Assembly: GCA_037481815.1 (NCBI GenBank)
Contig: JBBFKX010000001.1
Span: 576,001-640,000 of the forward strand
Direction: 5' to 3'
DNA: 64,000 bases
Source: a candidate division WOR-3 bacterium
GTDB taxonomy: Bacteria > Hydrothermota > 32-111
Positions within the stretch are counted from its first letter, which is position 1, and each line of letters begins with the position of its first letter. Positions 63,265 through 64,000 of the stretch are shown piece by piece. Below the pieces are notes generated by a model that saw nothing but the letters and a program-made list of their open reading frames with translations, had not been told where the DNA came from and made no database searches. The translations under genes and the position numbers were made by a program.

Positions 63265-63266
63265 AT

Positions 63267-64000
63267 TCACTCCTTAAAAAAATTTTTTATCTCATCCTCT
63301 TTTTCAAAAGAGTAGATCTTTTTTTCTGGAAACATCTTTCTTGCAATACCACTTAATACCTTTGATGGTCCGATTTCATAAAAGTTTTCATAACCGTTGT
63401 TAAACAGATTTTTTAAAATCTGTGTCCATTTTACCGGGCTTATGATCTGCTGTTTTAAAAGATTTTTTATTTTAACAGGATCATTTTCAAACTCTGCTGA
63501 AACATTCATTAAAACATAACAATCAGGTTTTCTGAATTCAAAATTTTCTATGAAATCCGAGAACTCTCTGTATGCATAATCCATCAAAGGTGAATGGAAA
63601 GCTCCAGAAACATTCAGTTTTATGACTCTTTTTGCTCCCTCTTCGGTCAACTTTTTTGACGCTGTTTCAACTCCATCAACAGTTCCTGATATAACCGTCT
63701 GCATATCACCGTTATAGTTTGCAACAACAACTCCATCCACTGTTGATACGACTTCCTCTATCCTTTCAGGGGTCAAACCTATTACAGCTGCCATACTACC
63801 TTTTGCTTTTTCTCCCGCCAAACTCATCAACTCTCCCCTTTTTCTAACAAGTTTTACTGCTGTTTCAAAATCGAATACACCTGCAACAAGGAGTGCTGAA
63901 TACTCTCCAAGGGAGTGTCCACAAACAGCATCAAATCTTATTTTGTCTTTTAAAAGAGAATACACTGAATAAGAATGTAACAGTATAGCAACCTGCGCGT
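63267..64000 (-). CDS. fabD: Malonyl-CoA:ACP transacylase (3' part, starts beyond the window)
   Basis: GHSLGEYSAL, RGELM, VSGAFHS, EIGP. Confidence 0.96.
   Translation of the reverse strand, partial: AQVAILLHSYSVYSLLKDKIRFDAVCGHSLGEYSALLVAGVFDFETAVKLVRKRGELMSLAGEKAKGSMAAVIGLTPERIEEVVSTVDGVVVANYNGDMQTVISGTVDGVETASKKLTEEGAKRVIKLNVSGAFHSPLMDYAYREFSDFIENFEFRKPDCYVLMNVSAEFENDPVKIKNLLKQQIISPVKWTQILKNLFNNGYENFYEIGPSKVLSGIARKMFPEKKIYSFEKEDEIKNFFKE

Overview
AT-rich bacterial chromosome window, almost entirely housekeeping genes, with nearly all genes on the minus strand and many overlapping stop/start codons. Wza/Wzc-type export genes and an outer-membrane-like protein suggest a diderm cell; the taxon cannot be fixed from the sequence alone. 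From left to right: the S10/spc ribosomal cluster (partial rplF to rpsJ) headed by a stand-alone tuf; a divergent double-MerR regulator with a perfect operator palindrome; a Wzx/Wzy/Wzc surface-polysaccharide locus that includes a glycerol-phosphate-dehydrogenase-like gene; long mixed operons (peptidases, mrp, lipA, panD, an oversized GreA, rlmH, coaD, rsmD, ctpA, tmk, ino1 plus a PIP-synthase-like gene, rsmI, glyQS, tRNA-Pro); alkaline phosphatase and a class II aldolase; purB, transaldolase, truA, leuS; an orphan sensor/coiled-coil protein; an M1 peptidase; a five-gene lipid-linked amino-sugar transfer cassette; etfBA, rnc and the fab cluster. I saw no CRISPR array, transposase, integrase or rRNA. 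The strongest anomalies are a sharply bounded G-ending codon tract in tuf, the leaderless and probably autoregulated tandem-MerR unit, and a Wzy-like protein carrying a possible degenerate nucleotidyltransferase tail next to the glycerol-phosphate dehydrogenase. No clearly new system is proven. All calls rest on recalled motifs, not database searches.
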